Shown: positions 40,930 through 55,452, counted from the stretch's first letter. The stretch: DNA of 64,000 nt from Octopus vulgaris (GCA_951406725.2 OX597814.1:43524001-43588000), one strand, 5' to 3'. A program made the numbers and translations. The notes: generated by a model from the letters alone, not told the origin.

Positions 40930-41580
40930 AATGAGAAGGATATAGAGTAATGAAATGACGACATAGAGGACAAGAGTAAAGGAATAAGATGAAGAAAGAA
41001 AAGAAAAAAGAAGTACGAAAGTTTACAGTTCAAATTTCCGGTCTTATAGAAATAAGTCCATAAGTCCTTAGGAGCAATCCTACGTAAAATGGTAGCGGAG
41101 GTATCTATTGAGTGGTAAAAAAGAAAAAGAGTCGAAGACTATATTGTACAAAGATAGCTAAGAAGATAAGAGAGAGACAGAGGATGTAAAGGAAAATAAT
41201 GTAAAAAAAAATAATAAATTGGATCAAAGTGAAAGGAATTTAAAGAGATTTGTAGGAGCCAATAGTATTCTTCTATTCTGTATGGATTGTGGAGGAAATC
41301 TAGTAGTAAATACTTGTGTCCGTTATGACTAAGGTCAGAGTTTGTAGAGTTATTTTGAGCAATGGGGTTATGGGTATGTAAGTAGTCGTGAATGTAGAGA
41401 CTAGTTGAGTGTTAAATTATTTAGGAGTAGAAGTTAGAATTAAATATTAGAGGATTTATTAGGTTAAGGTTTAGAAATAAATTAAAGAACTTATATTTAT
41501 CTTGTAAAGTGATGAGATGAGATATAGAGGAGTAAGTCATGGAGGTTTATATGTAGGTGTTATTCGTGTTATTTGTGCCG
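40930..41580 (-). mobile_element. Degraded Penelope-like C-terminal (GIY-YIG region) fragment
   Basis: Minus peptides NNTYI*TSMTYSSISHLIT, SIYY*IS, NTIGSYK, SLSYL; followed in sense by an HHR motif. Confidence 0.45.
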
Positions 41581-41587
41581 CGAAGAG

Positions 41588-41647
<60 letters not shown>

Positions 41648-41688
41648 CTCTTATTGCTCTTTAGCCAAAAAGATTAAGATTAATGTAA

Positions 41689-42341
<653 letters not shown>

Positions 42342-42427
42342 TGACCACTAGTTTCAGGTTATTGTATATGGGATTAGATATTCACACACGCACGCATGCA
42401 CACACACATAAACACATACACACATAT

Positions 42428-42710
42428 ATTCTTTTCTACTCTAGGCTCAACACCCGAAATGTTGGGGGAGGAGCAATCAATTAGATCGATCCCAGTACGC
42501 AACTGCCGCCGAGGTCGACTTTGCCTTTCATTCTTTCTGGGTCGATTAAATAAGTACCAGTTACACACTGAGGTCAATATAATCGAATTAATCCGTTTGT
42601 CTGTCCTTGTTTGTCCTTTATGTGTTTAGCCCCTTGTGGGTAGTAAAGAAATAGGTACCTAATTCATCGACCACTAAATGATGATAGGCAAAGCCGACCT
42701 CGGCGGGATA
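42428..42710. mobile_element. Nested SINEs: a 5'-truncated + copy (42506-42653) inside a related - copy
   Basis: Inner sequence matches 6387-6534; outer pieces cccagtacgcaactg and gtacctaattcatcgacc...ggcaaagccgacctcggcgg are the reverse-strand relative. Confidence 0.82.
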
Positions 42711-44039
42711 CAGGCACACATATATTGCCAACGCTAAACTTTAACCAAAATTCGACACAGAAAGTATTTTTGTAGACTAATCATATTTATGCAAATGTAA
42801 GAAATGTTATATCTTCCAAAAGTTTTTCTTGGAATTTTTTGTTTGAATATAAAATTTTTAAATCTACCGGAATTTGTTTTTAAGAAATGGTTTTTAAATT
42901 GTTCGTGTCATTTTCCATGTATTGCAGTTGTTGTTATCCTTATTTTCGTGTTGTTCAAAATGAAATATAAATCTGGCTGATGTTTACCATACCATTTCAA
43001 TTTTCGCAAAAAGTTGTTGTTGATGATAGTGATTTAGTACCTGTCAATGCTGCTGGTACCATTTTGCTATTTAAGCTTTCAGTTTCGCTATTTTTTCTTT
43101 TTCAAGTTCTTTAAGACCAACAACTCTCAGATATCTCTGACGCCATCTTAATGAACAAAAGTGAAAGTAATATTGTAAGTACTGATATCATCATAATATA
43201 ACTTGGAGTATTCAGAGATCCATGAAGTACGTAAGTCTTTTTCAGTTTATGTTTTTTTCACAGGCGTTTGTTCTGGCGTTATTTTGTTTCCATAGACCCA
43301 TAAAAATGACAGATAATTTTGAAGAGATGTAATTTTAGGGAAATGAAATCTATAATCTGTAATGTTAGAAATGTTGTTAATCGTTTTCATTAATTTTGCC
43401 AGCAGGCCTACATATCTGCACAAGCATGGGAATAAAAGAGGTATACAAAACCTACCTGGCTTAGTAAGCCTGTCGTACAATTAAATGGTTTGTACATCAC
43501 TACTCCATTCCTAGTTTATCTTATTTTAAAACTATTTTCTTCTTGCTCCTATCGAGATGAAATTTTCTCACAGAATATTCTATATGCTACGGAAAAAGTA
43601 ATTGTCTGGAGGTCAGGGGAGAAATGTTTACCACTTTAAGTTTTGGAGAAATACTGCTGTATTGACGTGAACACAAAGACTTACAGAATGTTGCTTCGCT
43701 TTGTTGAAGGGAAACTCGTGATAGTCAGTACTAGATTTTCCATTCGAGGAACTAGCCACATTCCCTATTACTCTCCTAAAATTAAGATTAACATACCAGC
43801 ATAAAATATTGAAAATGATGTATCACTACATTCCGCTGAGATGAATATAAAAGTCCCATCATGAGCTCCAATCTCAGCAATTATTTTTGCCAATATTAGC
43901 GATGTCAAAATAAAAATGTATCCGATCCCAAACCTGAAAGGCAATGCCGTTATCAATCAGGTGAAGCCAAACAGCATTAACACGGCTGTTGTTTAAAAGT
44001 TAAATGTTTTCTACTATCCATTGGAATAATGAGTATCAT

Positions 44040-45180
44040 TTGAAAAAAGTGTGTCTTGAATAGCCCGACAAAATTTGCATTTGTTGCTTTTTCTGTACTT
44101 TGATATCATGCAAGTGACAAGATTTTAAACACGAACTGCATCTGAGATTGGAAACAGGAAAAAAAGAAGTAAAACACATGAACAAAACCAAATGATTTTT
44201 CACATAGTAGAAGAGAATACAACAGGTAAACAAGAATAAATGGACAAAAGACTTGCACTGTTTTTGCTCGTATGAATATATCAAGCCATTCCGAAATCTG
44301 GTACTGAGGATATGTTTAAGAGAGATGGAACTTATTGCACAAATTCATACATTTCTGGTGGATGACTTAAAAGTATTTAGCAATCTTGGACGCGGTAAAT
44401 AGACATACTTATCGTCTACCATCTGCAGTAATTGTTCTCTTGATGTCAAAACATGTTAAGATCCATACTGATGCAGAACTTAGGCTACCAGGTATTCTCA
44501 ACTTCCGTAGATTCAACCCCAGGCCGTGCTTATATTGACAAGCAGTCATTGTGCATTATGTTCTTTGTGAGATACAATGCTATTAGTTCTGCACCACCAC
44601 ACAGATGGAAAATTTTAACGGGATATTTGGAAGGAAATGAAAGGGCACTAACTTTGAATTTCTTGTCAGAGGTTCACCGCTCAGAAAAAGCTAAGAATGC
44701 TGAAGGCCTCATTGAAGATATAACTACATTCAAAATGCATTCAGAGATCTTGAAGATGACTTGAAACAAATATCTAAAGTAAAATATGAAGCTCAGACTT
44801 TGACACACACACTGAAATTGTCATGAAATTATTAGATATTTTCGTACGGTTTAATATTAGAAACAAAGCATTTGTTAGCCGCCATGAATTGAAGTTTATC
44901 TGAAGAAAGTGGTGAAACTAATTTATTTTTCAGACAACTTTCTGAAATCATTTCGGGATAGATTTGAAGTGGACGCTAGGAACATGTATGGAAACACAGA
45001 CAAGGCAACAACAGGCAAATTAAGGGAGGGAAGCAAACACGACGTGAATTCAGTATCAGCCACGGAGGTAGTTGTCCGTTTTGCAAGAGAAAAAATTCTC
45101 ATACATGACATTATCTGTCATTTTCAATTATTTGCCTGTTGCCACATAAATCAATGGACTAAAATAGGTGGTAAGAGAAT
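44040..45180 (+). mobile_element. hAT transposase remnant (ZMYM1-like), internally deleted
   Basis: TYLSSTIC, FSTSVDSTPG..IDKQ...FFVRY (cf. FSISVDSTPD..H.DQL...RY), SSAPPHRWKIL, LTLNFLSE. Confidence 0.75.
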
Positions 45181-45519
45181 TGTTTTCGTTTGGAGAGAGG
45201 CAGGCATTTGTAAAAGAGGTGAATATAAGGATTACGGCTTGTGCTTTGGCTTTGTTTTAGGATGGAAATATCTTTGGAGATTCCTAGTTTGAAGCGTTTT
45301 TATTTGTTGGGGCAACGCGTAAATGCTTCGTCTCTTTTGTTGAAGACGCTCTTCCCAATGTCAGTACTTTTAATTTTTCCGTGGTGTAACGACCTAACCT
45401 CCTTCTCTGTACCTTCTCCTTATTTGTTTTGACACGGATGTTCCCGTTTATAAGTGGCGAATCACCATTGTCCACAGGCTCCATGTACACTTAGATGAGT
45501 ATTATTAGATACGACATTC

Positions 45520-46340
45520 TAAACGAAGGCGAGTGTTGTACGAATCATTGTTTGAAAGTATTCCAGGTTAAACCGATGTAAGTCTACCAATGTGAGAATA
45601 TAATTATGTTTCATTGGCCGGCACCGCTACTTTTTTTATGTATATACCTATTTTGAGATGTCGCTTTCCTAATTTTGGCAGTTTATAATTTTCAACTGCT
45701 TAGCATTCCACATTTTTATTTCATCCACCTTAGTCGACAATGTAATTCCAGCCCGTATTAATTCCATATTAATCTTATATAATTTGACCGGTTCAATTGG
45801 TGTTCGTCACCGTCTCTTTCATTATATCATTCATATACTTCGTTTTGTGAATTCTTGAGCTGAAATACGAAAGCTTAAGCTGACATCCATATACTTCTAA
45901 ATCATTCTTATTTTTCTTAAATTGGTAATGCTATTTTAGTATACACTCTAAAGCTTTTGCGTTGCATGTCTAATGTCTCTCAGCTGTCATTATTTTTCGC
46001 TGGGGAAACGGTTGCGTTCTACGACATTCTCATTATTCTGTCTCCAATTTCCTTTCGATTCGTTATTTTTTCATCATATATAAGCTTGTGGCTGTACAGA
46101 TCAGTTTTGATATGGAAATTTTGTGGTGCCTGCTTTGGGATGTCATTACATTTTACATGTCCTTCATCATAACTGCTGCATCTTATATATTTCAGCGGTT
46201 CACAGGATCACATGTTTAAACCCTTTTGTATTTACACATATATCTCATTTATCTTCATAGTTTTTCTCCTAAATCCCACTGAATTCTTCAACAAATTTGT
46301 ATGAATTTGAAATTTCTGTTGTGGTTTTGTTGTAATTTTA
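45520..46340 (-). mobile_element. Degraded Penelope-like fragment (GIY-YIG)
   Basis: Minus peptide NIIIFSHW*TYIGLTWNTFKQ*FVQHSPSFR matches the PLE YIG..FK.R...H..SFR motif. Confidence 0.6.
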
Positions 46341-46409
46341 TCGTTTGTATTTATACTATACAGTGAGTTTATCGGTTATAAGTACTTCCTGAAAACACAG
46401 TGCAATCTG

Positions 46410-46915
46410 AAGGCATGTACCGAGAGTGATAAAAATAAAGCATCCAGTCAACATCATGGAGTATGGAGTGATCAGTAGTGATGGCGAAGTTATGCCTCCA
46501 TTCATCTTCCCACACGGCCTCACACACAACACAGAGGCCTACATCAAGTGGCTGGAAGAGGTAGTGCAGCCCTGGGAGAAGATGATGGCGCGGGGGACCT
46601 ATGTCTAGCAACAGGTCTTAGCACCATTCCACACAACCAGGTGAACCCAGTCATGGCTGTCAATATTTGTGACAATATTTGTGACCACACCACTACTAAC
46701 TTCTGACTAGCTAACTCCCCAGACTGCAAACGCTTTGATTATTTCGTGTGGGTTACAGTTTAGCGAGAGACCAACAAAAGTCCTTGTAACACCAAAGATG
46801 AACTGAAGACAAGGATTATGCCAGCATTCATGAATATAAACAAGAAAACGGTCCAGAATAGTTGCTGGAGATTCCGACGTCGTCTGGAAGACCTGGCTGA
46901 AGCAAATGGAAAATC
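46410..46915 (+). mobile_element. Tc1/mariner DD37D (maT-like) transposase C-terminal remnant
   Basis: KHPVNIMEYGVISSDGEVMPPFIF, YV*QQVLAPFHT, TQSWL, NSPDCKRFDYFVW, CWRFRRRLE...EANG. Confidence 0.88.
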
Positions 46916-46969
46916 TGAGACGAGAGTGTTATTTTCGTAATTTCAACAATAGTTTATTCACCGTACTTA

Positions 46970-47000
<31 letters not shown>

Positions 47001-47004
<4 letters not shown>

Positions 47005-47518
47005 GGTTATGAGATGTAATGGTGTCATTGAGACCCGGAGGTGTCAGGTAATGCTGAATAAGTGCTATAGATAGACCATAGTTAAGTTCCAGTTTCGGTG
47101 ATTATGTGAATCAGGGTTCAACGTTGGTCATATGCCAGCGTGTGTATATAAAATATTTTTCGTAATGAGATAAAAAAAAAACAAGGCTATGTAAATTCTA
47201 GAACATTTATAGATAAGTCTTACAACTGTTTCCAGTATATTTATTATATCTCTTCATTGGGGACGGTGTGAGAGGATGGTTAAGTAATAGTTAATTTAGA
47301 TAATATATAAAATAGAGAGTGAGGTGGAGGAGAGAAAATAGATGCAAGATGTGTAGTATTTTGTATCTTACCTAAATTTACTATTACTTAACCATCCTCT
47401 CACATTGTCTCCGATGAAGAGATATAATAAATATCATGGAAACAGCTGTAAGACCTCATATCTATAAATGTTCTAAAGTCTAGCAGTCTTGGGTTTTTTA
47501 TCTCATTACAAAAAGAAT

Positions 47519-47530
<12 letters not shown>
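47001..47530. repeat. Family A: inverted pair of HHR-bearing PLE-type terminal repeats
   Basis: Arms about 47140-47314 and 47357-47530 are reverse complements; both ends lie in (TA)n. Confidence 0.88.
47407..47454 (+). ncRNA. Type I hammerhead ribozyme (U4C core, palindromic stem III ACAGCTGT)
   Basis: GTCT-CCGATGA-aga GATAT aataa ATATC atg-GAA-ACAGCTGT-A|AGAC; the base of stem II is imperfect. Confidence 0.65.
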
Positions 47531-47559
<29 letters not shown>

Positions 47560-47755
47560 GCATTACTATACATAAATGCCTCACGCTAGGAGGGACTCTT
47601 AAAGTCAAAACTACCATACTAAATAAACACATTGTACCGAACGCGAGGGAATGCAACTCTCGAAGCGAGCATTTTAAAATCAGAATTCAGCTGCATATTT
47701 TCTTTTTGTCAGTATATCTCTCTGTGTCTATGTTTCTATTTATCAATCTATCGAT

Positions 47756-47803
<48 letters not shown>

Positions 47804-50800
47804 GTGTGTGTGTGTGTGTGTGTATGTGTGGGTGTGTATGTACGTATGTATGTATGTATATAATATATATATATGCGCACACTAACACACACGTACACAA
47901 ATATCAGATAAATGCTAATTAGATAAATAAATATAAACTGACAGACATTGAATTGTATCTGGAGATTCATATCTTATATTCTAATCTCCTTGTAATACTA
48001 CTGAAGTAACAAATTATTCAAAATCTGCACTTTCCGTTTACATTGTGCAGAAAGCTTATCGTTTCGATATCTCTAGTTTACGTTTACTCTATCTAGTGTT
48101 ACACTTTCCCTTTCATGTCTTCTATTTATTTCTTGATTAGCTATCTGACATCATTTTCAAAGCAAATACATTTTCTGTTTTCTTTTCATCTCTATAGATA
48201 ACTTTCTAAAATAACTGCATTCATCATTAATACTAAAATTATCTAAACTCTAACATGAATAATTACATATTTTAAAATAGATTTAATGATTTTTATTTGA
48301 AATACAAGGTGATGCTTAACAAAGGTGCGGTTATTTTTTCCACCAATCCCAGTGTGGTTTTGCTTTTAATTCAGTTATTTCCTTGGTGGTCGATAAATTC
48401 TAGTACCCTCAACATGTTTGAATGAAAGTATCAAATTTAATATTCATCTTACATTTCATGTAGCCATTTCAGCATTTATGAAATCAACGTTATATGTAGT
48501 TCTATGTTCATATATATGAAAAGCTTATACACAAGCAAGGGATATTATAAAATGTAGCTCCCTACAGTGGTAATCATGTGAGAAACAAAAGAATCAATGA
48601 CACGTATTGGGTAATTGTGACTGAAATAGCATCACGACTCCTATGACAAACCAATGTTGGTCTAAATGTTTAAAGCACTAAAAGATAAATCTAAATTATA
48701 TCCATGATGATTCCTGCATTTCGTGCAATTATTTATTAATATCAATGGATTAAGTTTTAATTCAGACACAAGGTGAGTAGTAAACGTTCTACGCAATACC
48801 ATAAAAGAGTGTAAACAGAGGGAAAGTGTAGAAACACAACCGGATTATGTTTTATAGATGCAAACGGCCTTCATACAATGAAGGAATACATTCTAATTAA
48901 ACGAATCAACTGGAATTAGAATTAATGTTGGCACTGCGAAATATTCTATAATTCAACCACTGAGGCATTTGAATTATAAATTTAAGAACCGTTAAAGAAT
49001 TTAATTAAAGCAAAATAATGCTGAATTTTGTTAAAGCAATAATTTAATGTAATTTGGTAATATATAGAAATCGAATTAAAACCATGTATTTTGTGAACTA
49101 AATCTGACTTTCCTGCTGATAGTAAGTTGGAGGCCTATTAATATTCATATATTACCATATATTTTAAAAGTAATTCATTACAAATCACTCATATTTGTTA
49201 TGATCTACGAAAAATATAATAACGAAGCCAAGAATAAAATACAATATTACGCAAGATGGGAATTTGCAACAATGAGAACAAAGTATATGAATTATCTACT
49301 TTTGGAGGAGGTATAGCAATAATAAAGATAGTCACATTTTATGTTCTCTGGGTATAAGAGCATGTGAATTAAACAGCTCTTTCATATTTGTCCTGTATGG
49401 AGAATCTCATATAATACCTATCTATGAGCAAATCTTAAACTGGCGCATGTAGTTTTGGAGTAAATACGCCATTAACTTTAACGTGTTTGCAATTTGGACG
49501 ACAATTTCAAAAATCCTCAAATATTTCAATGCTTCTTACTATTCGAAATCGCTAAATCCCAAACAAATTATGATGTTTTCTGAATTGACAAAAGAGGGGG
49601 TATTTGTAACAAAACAGTAATGTCAGAGAATATCAAATATTTCGCATCTGTATTCCAAATATGGCGAGACGTCCACTTGAAAAGCAGCGATTGCTTTATT
49701 AGGTACTAAAATCTGATATGCCTGCTGAAACTCAAATTGCAGCTAATTCTGTTCGTCCACTGACAACGGAATTTACAGAAGCCCCCAGAATATATATAAA
49801 TAAAAGTACCTCAAAGGTACTTGAAAAACAGGTGCACATTGCCACCTTCATTGATTCCACCTTTAAAAAGAACATTCCCCACAAGAGCTCTTCGAAACAT
49901 TCTTTCATTATTTCATTTTTCACACGGCCACTCAATTATATAGACCAAAATAGCCAGTCCCCCCAAACCAACAAAACAAAAAAGAAACATATTTTAAGCA
50001 TTGTAATGCGGAGCTAACCTATATACTCAGGAAACTGAATATTTTCTTTATTTATATAAAACGATCCAAAACTTTAAAGAATGTTGCCTTATATCACATC
50101 CTTCTAGAGATTTCATTGACCTTGTAAGCTATCACACTATGATTTTATTTCACATATCTCAAACGTAGTAGATAAAACTATTAACAGTATTGCTTCGCAG
50201 TAAAGGAGAGGCCACCGAGGAATTATTCTCGCACGTTGCTGACTTGTTTCCACGGTTTCAGATCTCACCTCTTATAACTGTCAATAAAGTGCATACAAAT
50301 ATATTACCCGTCTTTGGGAGTTCATTGTTTTTTGATAATGTAGATAGGTAACTGCCAGCAATATCGAACCATTGAAATGTTCTATAATAAGTTTCGCTCT
50401 GTTGCACAATTTCTCGAGTCCCTGTTTCCAAAATATTCATTCAAATTCCCTGTAACCATCCTTCAACAACCCAAACTTTTAATTGCTCAGAAAAAGATTG
50501 GTTGGTTGGCTCTTAATCTTCGTTTGAGAGTCTTCATCCACGTTTGGAGGAAGGAAGTGAGACCATAACCGAAAGCTTTTCAACAGAAAATATTTTGCTA
50601 AATCCCATCAAATGGAAAAGCCAACAAAGTTCACTTTTATAGCAATACATTAATATTCGTCTCTTCATAACTTCCTCGTCACAGGTATTGTCAACATGAC
50701 AACTGTTTGACTCATATAAAATATTTGTTTCGGGCACGAGAAAACTCAAAAACATCTTACAATAAGCAACACGCCGCAAATCACTATCAAGGATCGGTAA

Positions 50801-50834
50801 ATTAATACTTCATGTATTGTAAAATATATGCTTA

Positions 50835-51180
50835 AAAACACTGGTACTCCGTCGGTTATGACGATGATTGTACTAGTTGCTCTGACCAACAGAACAGTTT
50901 GCTCGTGAAATTAACGTGCTAGTGTCTGTACGCTCCACAGTCAGAAACTCAACAGACACGGGTACCTTTAACGTAACTCTTTGGGAGATTCGACATGACA
51001 CATATTGTGACATGTCCAGCAATTTGAATTATAGGTACTAGCAATTTTTGCCAGCTGAGCGTACTGGAGCAACGTAAAATATAGTATCCTGCTCAGGGAC
51101 ACAAGAAGCCGCCGATTATACGATTCACAGCCTGACAGACGTGAGCGAAATCTCCTAATCGCTACGCCATTCAGCTTCAT
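50835..51180 (-). mobile_element. Degraded tRNA-derived SINE
   Basis: Minus head tggcgtagcgattagg, core gtgtccctgagcaggatact...ctccagtacgctcagctggc, tail cgtcataaccgacggagtacc. Confidence 0.75.
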
Positions 51181-51220
51181 ACTTATACAGGCACAAACAC
51201 ACATACATACACACACACAC

Positions 51221-51230
51221 AGATAGATAT

Positions 51231-51313
<83 letters not shown>

Positions 51314-51382
51314 GTAGGTAGGTAGATAGATAGATAGAGAGATAGAGAGATAGATAGAGATATAGATAGATAGAGAGATAGT

Positions 51383-51452
<70 letters not shown>
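51221..51452. repeat. (GATA)n microsatellite
   Basis: Direct inspection. Confidence 0.95.
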
Positions 51453-51453
<1 letters not shown>

Positions 51454-52014
51454 GGGGAATTTCTGATTGGTCGACTCAAACTAACATGTATGCGCCTTGG
51501 GTGTTCAGATTGTTACACCGCTAAAATTCCGGTTTGAACTCCAGTTGAAAATGCGAATCTTTTACTACTTTTCTAAAGCAACTAGAAGTAACTTCTCCTT
51601 GAGCATGTATATATTAAAACAGAATAGGTATAAATTAAAACAGAAATAAAAGACAAACGGTTTGGCAAGACTTGATAAAAACATTTGATTTAGCTATGTT
51701 ATAAAACGCTATATAATAATGTACAAGATTTTATATATACCTTTCATTATATAGCTAATTTCAATGTCCTTAAGTCATACCAAAATGTTTGCATTTTGAT
51801 CTCTCTCTCTCTCTCTCTCTCTCTCATTCTCTCTCTCTCATTCTCTCTCTCTCATTCTCTCTCTCTCATTCTCTCTCTCTCATTCTCTCTCTCTTTTTCT
51901 GTATATATATATATATATATATGCAGTTGATATTTACAGAAAAACATAACACGTAGGCAGGTGTATAAACAATAAGCAGGTATATTAGTTTGATGCTAGG
52001 GAAAGTGAGAAACT

Positions 52015-52050
52015 CTTTTACGTTTGGAGCCTACGCTCTTCAACAGAAAG
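52015..52050 (-). ncRNA. Hammerhead-like motif (A6U variant, G12 mutated) in a short PLE-type repeat (about 51925-52200)
   Basis: Minus strand: CTTT-CTGTTGA-A GAGC GTAG GCTC-cAAAC GT A-AAAG. Confidence 0.45.
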
Positions 52051-52891
52051 AGATAGGAGGAAATAAACAGAGAGAGAATAAAAAAGCACTTGTGGATTTC
52101 AAAAGGTGTAAAATTGACGAAAGAAGAGAAAAGGAGAAGAAAACAGAAAGGACGAAAAGAAAAGAGCAGGAGAGAGGGGGGGGCAAAGTAACAACGTTTT
52201 ATGTATATATATATATATATATATATATCTGATCTACCTGTTTGGCCATAATCTAAGCAAGGTAGGGCCTTACGGTAGCATTGGAGTGCCCATCATTGTT
52301 ACAACAAAAAATCCACGTCTTTAAAATCCTCTTAATTGATATAACAGAATGCAGCAGGAATTCCAAGTTTAATGAGTGAAGTAGCAGCAAAAGCAAATCG
52401 GACAAATTAATCTGTTTTATGATAATCCTCACCAAAGTGTAAGCTTTCTTAAATTGCTTAGTTGTTCCTCTGTAATATGCGAAATCTCAAGTAAACCGTA
52501 GGCGTAATTGTTGCCGTGAACTGAGTGAGCTAAATTAAATGTAGCCTCATAGCTACAAACAGTTTCTGTTCAGTATTGTGCAGTTTTTACACATTACCAA
52601 GAATTACTCTTACGCATCCATTCTCCGATTGGAATCCTTTTCATTAAGATTATGGACTATACTTCAAATGTACTTACCGAATCACAGCACTTCAAATTGA
52701 TTTTGAAATTCCTAACTCATACCTCGTTTCTTGCAAAGGTTTTGTTGAACAACAACAATACGCTTATGCACGCCTTCCTTCCTTTGTGGGGCTCATTGAT
52801 TTCTGCACTTTACTTGACATATATTTTGAACGGTCTCTAAATCGAATGAAGATTATCGCGTAGATAGATCTATTTAAAACTCTATCCTAAA

Positions 52892-53150
52892 ATACATTAT
52901 TTACATTATTTGCATTTGACGGATATTTGTCCTCATCTTGTGTGTTGTTAACACAACGTTTCGGCAGATATACCCTCCAGCCTTCATCAGGTGTCTTGGG
53001 AAAATTTCGAACCTGGGTTCTCATTCCTAAGTATTTTTCAACGTTATAATAATAATTATTATTATTATCATTATTATTATTATTCAGGTCACTGCTTGGA
53101 ATCGAACTCGGGATCTTGAGGTAAGTAGCCCGCGCTCTTAACAACTACGG
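52892..53150 (-). mobile_element. tRNA-headed SINE-like element with (AAT)n linker and hammerhead (left arm)
   Basis: Minus strand: gtagttgttaagagcgcgggctacttacc...GAGTTCGATTCC (B box)...(AAT)n...gacac CTGATGA...GAAAC. Confidence 0.85.
52950..52995 (-). ncRNA. Minimal type I hammerhead ribozyme with canonical core
   Basis: GACAC-CTGATGA-A GGCTG gagggtatat CTGCC-GAA-ACGT-T|GTGTT; stem I GACAC/GTGTT, palindromic stem III ACGT. Confidence 0.72.
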
Positions 53151-53179
53151 GCTCTTAACCACTACAATAAATAGTGCCC

Positions 53180-53253
53180 CATGAGTATATTGCGTAGTGA
53201 TTAAGAGCGCGGGCTACTAACCCCAAGCTTCCGAGTTCTATTCCAGGTAGTGA

Positions 53254-53331
<78 letters not shown>

Positions 53332-53519
53332 CAACAACAACATTGAAAAATACCTTACGTATGAGAACCCAGGTTCAAAAGTTCTCCACGACACCCGGTG
53401 AAGGCTGGAGGGTATATCAGCCGAAAGGTTGTTAACAACAAACAAGATGAAGACAAATATCCATGAAATGTAAATAGTGTAAATAATGTATATAATTCCT
53501 TATCTCTTAAATATAGAAC
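53180..53519 (+). mobile_element. tRNA-headed SINE-like element with (AAT)n linker and degenerate hammerhead (right arm)
   Basis: ttgcgtagtgattaagagcgc GGG ctactaa CCC...gagttctattcc, (AAT)n, gacac CCGGTGA aggctg..cagcc GAAAG; reverse complement of 52892-53150. Confidence 0.85.
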
Positions 53520-53695
53520 AGAATCTATCTTAAAATGCTTTGTACTTCGACACCGATTCAAATTTCCAGTATTACGTTGATATAAATTTCCTCGATTCAA
53601 ATCGTTTCCCTTTATTATTTTGAGAGTGCATGCAATTCACATCATATATAGGGAGAAAGATAGATAAACAGAGGGACAGTTAGGCAGACAGACAA

Positions 53696-53946
<251 letters not shown>

Positions 53947-54739
53947 GTGATATACACATACAAGCATGGATACAAATATAGATACATACATGCATATATA
54001 CATATACATACAGATACCTACATGAGAATATATGTGTGCATATGTATTTGTGAGTGTATGTATGCGTACATGTGTCTAGTTTAGATGTATACAATGATTT
54101 TATAGAATACTTTAAAATTCTGAGCGACTTATGATTTCTATGTTCTGTACATCACATGGTATTAGGAAACAAGCCATAGAATCAACTTTAATTTCTTTAT
54201 AAAGTGAAGTATCATGTTATAGTGTACACGTTAACATGCATCTCTGTAAAAGTTTAAGCATTCCCACGTTCAGTTAGTCTTCATTTTCACTCTAAATAGT
54301 TAAATATGAAAATTGATATGAGTTATAGAAATATTTCTATGTAGTACTGCCCACCATTCACAGTAGCGTGTTAAAGAGAATAATGATCAATGACTTCCTC
54401 AATACATGAAATTATATATTAAATAACACCGTTCAAAGACTCTTCCTCAGTCTTAAGCATTTCACGTAACTGTTAAACAGAATTTTTAAAAGTGCGATTT
54501 TAGAATTCTATATACCACTAACATGGAATAGAGAACATTTAATGTAAAAGTTATATTTCTTCAATTACTTCGTCTAAATCTTGTGACTTGCCTAAGGGTA
54601 CAATGCACTGCATACGCAAAAGTATTGACATGTACGAATATATGTATGTATTATTGATCGTGATTCGAATATTATTTTACTTTTGCCCTCTCCTACTATT
54701 TACAATTTAGCCTTAAGCTTTTTGAATTGAACAAAAAAT

Positions 54740-55092
<353 letters not shown>

Positions 55093-55400
55093 CAGGAGGA
55101 GCAGCAGCATCAGAATGTCAAATCAGAAATAATAAATAACAACTAATAAAAAGTGTGCCCTATATTCATCCATTATCTCAATTTTCTTTTCTGCAGCAGC
55201 ACTCGTACATATTTAACTTTTCTTAACTTTTTTCTTTTTACATCATTGTTTTTTTTTTACTCTACTGAAATAGTAACAAAAGCTTTTTCTCTTAAAAACA
55301 TGTTTAAAAAATACATCCTACGTTCTTTTCATTTTCTCTTCTTGGTTTCATAATATGAGAGCGTATGTATATATATGTGTATATATATTTATATATATAA

Positions 55401-55452
<52 letters not shown>

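Noticed and set aside
49500-50800. Short hydrophobic ORFs suggesting a receptor pseudogene
   Set aside because: No ordered family motifs could be established.
53180-53255. Functional tRNA gene
   Set aside because: The acceptor stem does not close, the boxes are mutated, and it is the head of a repeat.
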